Shown here: piece by piece, positions 57,582 through 59,569 of the stretch
How the letters are laid out: each line of letters opens with the position of its first letter
Position numbering within the stretch: position 1 is the first letter of the stretch
Assembly (NCBI GenBank): GCA_043822925.1
Contig: JBDRBF010000083.1
Location: 1-59,569 of the forward strand
Source: a bacterium
GTDB lineage: Bacteria > Babelota > Babeliae > Babelales > RVW-14
Length of the DNA: 59,569 nt
Reading direction: 5' to 3'
Translations under genes and position numbers: made by a program
The notes under the pieces: model-generated
The model's database searches: none
Told to the model about the DNA's origin: nothing
Seen by the model: only the letters and a program-made list of their open reading frames with translations

Positions 57582-58952
57582 ATGATACAAGATTTGCTTA
57601 CAAGAGAAGAGGGCAAAACTCTTGAGTTCAAAGAAAACGCAAAATCGTTGCCAGGAATAATCAAAACTGTAGTTGCTTTTGCTAATACCGCTGGCGGAAC
57701 TATTGTTGTTGGAGTAGAAGATAAAATAAAAAAAATAGTTGGTATAGCCGATCCACTTGAAGCCGAATCACGTATCATCAATGCAATAGCAGAATCTGTA
57801 GAACCACTATTTACACCAAACATAGAAATACAGTCGTATCGTAAAAAAGCGTTAATTTTAATTCAGGTCCCTTATGCCGTTGGCCCATATCATTTTAAAA
57901 AAGAGGGTACAAGCACTGTATATGTACGATTTGGTTCATCTAATCGAATTGCTGATACAGATACCATTTCAAATATAAAAGCACTTGCACAAAATATTGC
58001 CTTTGATGAAAGATCATGCAGCTTGGCCCCAAAAAACGGATTGGATTGGAAGAGTATTGAAGAAGTTTTTGCTGCTGAAGATAAAAAGATAACAAAAAAT
58101 AAAGCAAAAAGCATGGGCATGCTAACAACTCTCTCTGGCACAGATCACCCAACAAATGGTGGTATGTTGCTGTTTGGTAATAATCGTTTACAATTTTTCC
58201 CAGATGCCATCATTCGTTGTGTTAGATTTGCCGGTCTTGGGCGCACTTGTAGCAATGATCATAGAGATATCGATAAACACCTTCCAACTGCGATAGACGA
58301 CGTTCTAGATTTTATAGCTAAAAATACATTTACTTCGACAAAGATCGGCCCTAAGAAACGAGTAAACGTTCCACAATATCCAGCTGTAGCCATTAGAGAA
58401 GCTGTTATTAATGCAATAGTGCATACCGATTACTCAATCAAGGGATCGTCAATAATTATTGCAATTTTTGATGATCGGATAGAAATAACAAATCCTGGCG
58501 GTATAGCTTATGGACTAAGCCTGGAGGATGCTCTAGCTGGCTCATCACGCTCACGCAATCGCGTCATTGTACGAACGTTTCATCATCTAGGGCTCGTTGA
58601 ACAATGGGGCTCTGGTTTACAAAAAATCATAGAATCTTGCTTTCAAAAAGGTCTTAACGCCCCAAGATTCGAGGAAATGGGTTCGCAATTCAGAGTTACC
58701 ATTTATTCTGCCATGGTTCAAAAAATAACCATTGATAAAGAACAAAAAAGTTTTTTTGAACATGTTCTTTCCATTGGAGAAATCAGCACCAAAGATGCAG
58801 CAAGCTTTTGGGCGATTGATATACGCAGCACGCGAAGACGACTTAAAAAGCTTGTCGATGAGGGCTTGCTTATAAAGATGGGCGAGTCAAAGAATGATCC
58901 TTATGGAAAATATGTTTTGAGTCAAAAATTAAGAAAAAATATGCCTGATTAG
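57582..58952 (+). CDS. Schlafen/AlbA_2 domain + RecG-C-like (HATPase_c_4) domain + C-terminal wHTH protein
   Basis: EEGKTLEFKE, VAFANTAGG..VVGV, REAVINAIVHTDY, IEITNPGG, RN, EQWGSG, RRRLKKLVDEGLL. Confidence 0.9.
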   Translation: MIQDLLTREEGKTLEFKENAKSLPGIIKTVVAFANTAGGTIVVGVEDKIKKIVGIADPLEAESRIINAIAESVEPLFTPNIEIQSYRKKALILIQVPYAVGPYHFKKEGTSTVYVRFGSSNRIADTDTISNIKALAQNIAFDERSCSLAPKNGLDWKSIEEVFAAEDKKITKNKAKSMGMLTTLSGTDHPTNGGMLLFGNNRLQFFPDAIIRCVRFAGLGRTCSNDHRDIDKHLPTAIDDVLDFIAKNTFTSTKIGPKKRVNVPQYPAVAIREAVINAIVHTDYSIKGSSIIIAIFDDRIEITNPGGIAYGLSLEDALAGSSRSRNRVIVRTFHHLGLVEQWGSGLQKIIESCFQKGLNAPRFEEMGSQFRVTIYSAMVQKITIDKEQKSFFEHVLSIGEISTKDAASFWAIDIRSTRRRLKKLVDEGLLIKMGESKNDPYGKYVLSQKLRKNMPD

Positions 58953-59000
58953 AATGCCTCATTTGATCAGTTCTCTTGGGTATTTTATCCACGGTGTCCT

Positions 59001-59059
59001 CCCCCTAAAACGCAAAAAAGCGATCGACGACTCAATTAAGAATCGTCGATCGCTTTTTT
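59001..59059. terminator. Direct repeat copy 2, complete bidirectional terminator hairpin
   Basis: aaaaaagcgatcgacga-12 nt-tcgtcgatcgctttttt between convergent genes. Confidence 0.85.
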
Positions 59060-59094
59060 ATTAGGTCAGGTTTCTATGGGCGTATGCGGTTTTG

Positions 59095-59568
59095 CTAGGC
59101 GTTTTTGCTTTTATATTTTACCGTAACGCCGGATTTTGTACTGGAGCATGAGATGCCGACAAGAATAATCGGCTTTGTGCTTTCTATTTTGCTTGCTTGG
59201 GCGTAGCCCTTATTCTCGATTTGAGCGAGCGCAATATCAGGTTTTTTGTCTTTTTTAAACTCTATAATATAAATGCACTGAGAGCTTTCAAGTTTTACAT
59301 CAATAAAACCCATGTGCGTCGCCACTTCAGCAAGTGGTTCGCCGCCAAAAAGCCGACAAATCATATAAAAAGTACCCTGGTAAAACATTTCTCGGTTAAC
59401 GATAACCGTGTGGGGAATAAGTGTGAAGAAATCTTGTAAGTGCTGGCAAAATAAGCCAATATCGTCAGTTTCAATAGCGTTTCTGAATTTTGGGATAAAG
59501 CTACCGAATTTAGTTTGCGCTACATGCCCAATAAATTCCATAACTTGCCCGGTCATTGCCCGGCGCAC
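59095..59568 (-). CDS. Second AAA/PD-(D/E)XK paralog, C-terminal part; runs off the window end
   Basis: FCQHLQDFF, EVAT..GFIDV...IIEFK...ALAQIENKGY; colinear with the C-terminus of 55725-57311. Confidence 0.9.
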   Translation of the reverse strand: MRRAMTGQVMEFIGHVAQTKFGSFIPKFRNAIETDDIGLFCQHLQDFFTLIPHTVIVNREMFYQGTFYMICRLFGGEPLAEVATHMGFIDVKLESSQCIYIIEFKKDKKPDIALAQIENKGYAQASKIESTKPIILVGISCSSTKSGVTVKYKSKNA

Positions 59569-59569
59569 C

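Overview
AT-rich bacterial chromosome segment, most consistent with an intracellular, protist-associated bacterium of Ca. Dependentiae/Babelota (inferred from two tandem TLC/NTT nucleotide translocases, an ankyrin-like secreted effector and a reduced housekeeping gene order). Bases 1-50,500 are mostly core genes: dus, gatCA, hpf, lptB, der, dnaX, SRP RNA, tRNA-Ser, rpsB, lon, sbcC, rodA, HU, tatD, rnhA, tRNA-Ile2, gap, hflX, dnaE, frr-pyrH-tsf and rpmF-plsX-gltX-fabD. Four things stand out. (1) A signal-peptide/NLS/ankyrin protein (8727-10484) has a C-terminal Cys-His-Asp domain resembling Josephin deubiquitinases. (2) The fab cluster is interrupted between fabG and acpP by two toxin-antitoxin modules (AbrB-MazF, MNT-HEPN), the first bracketed by a 48-bp duplication of the fabG 3' end. 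(3) A dispersed 26-bp palindromic element is also inserted in frame in FabF and in an acyl-CoA carboxyltransferase, and PlsX and FabG carry in-frame tandem expansions. (4) The right end is an accessory region: an IS200/RAYT-like HUH transposase flanked by composite, nested REP-like repeats, then tandem AAA/PD-(D/E)XK genes with a Schlafen/AlbA_2 gene between 46-bp direct repeats. All calls are from motif reading by eye; no searches were run.
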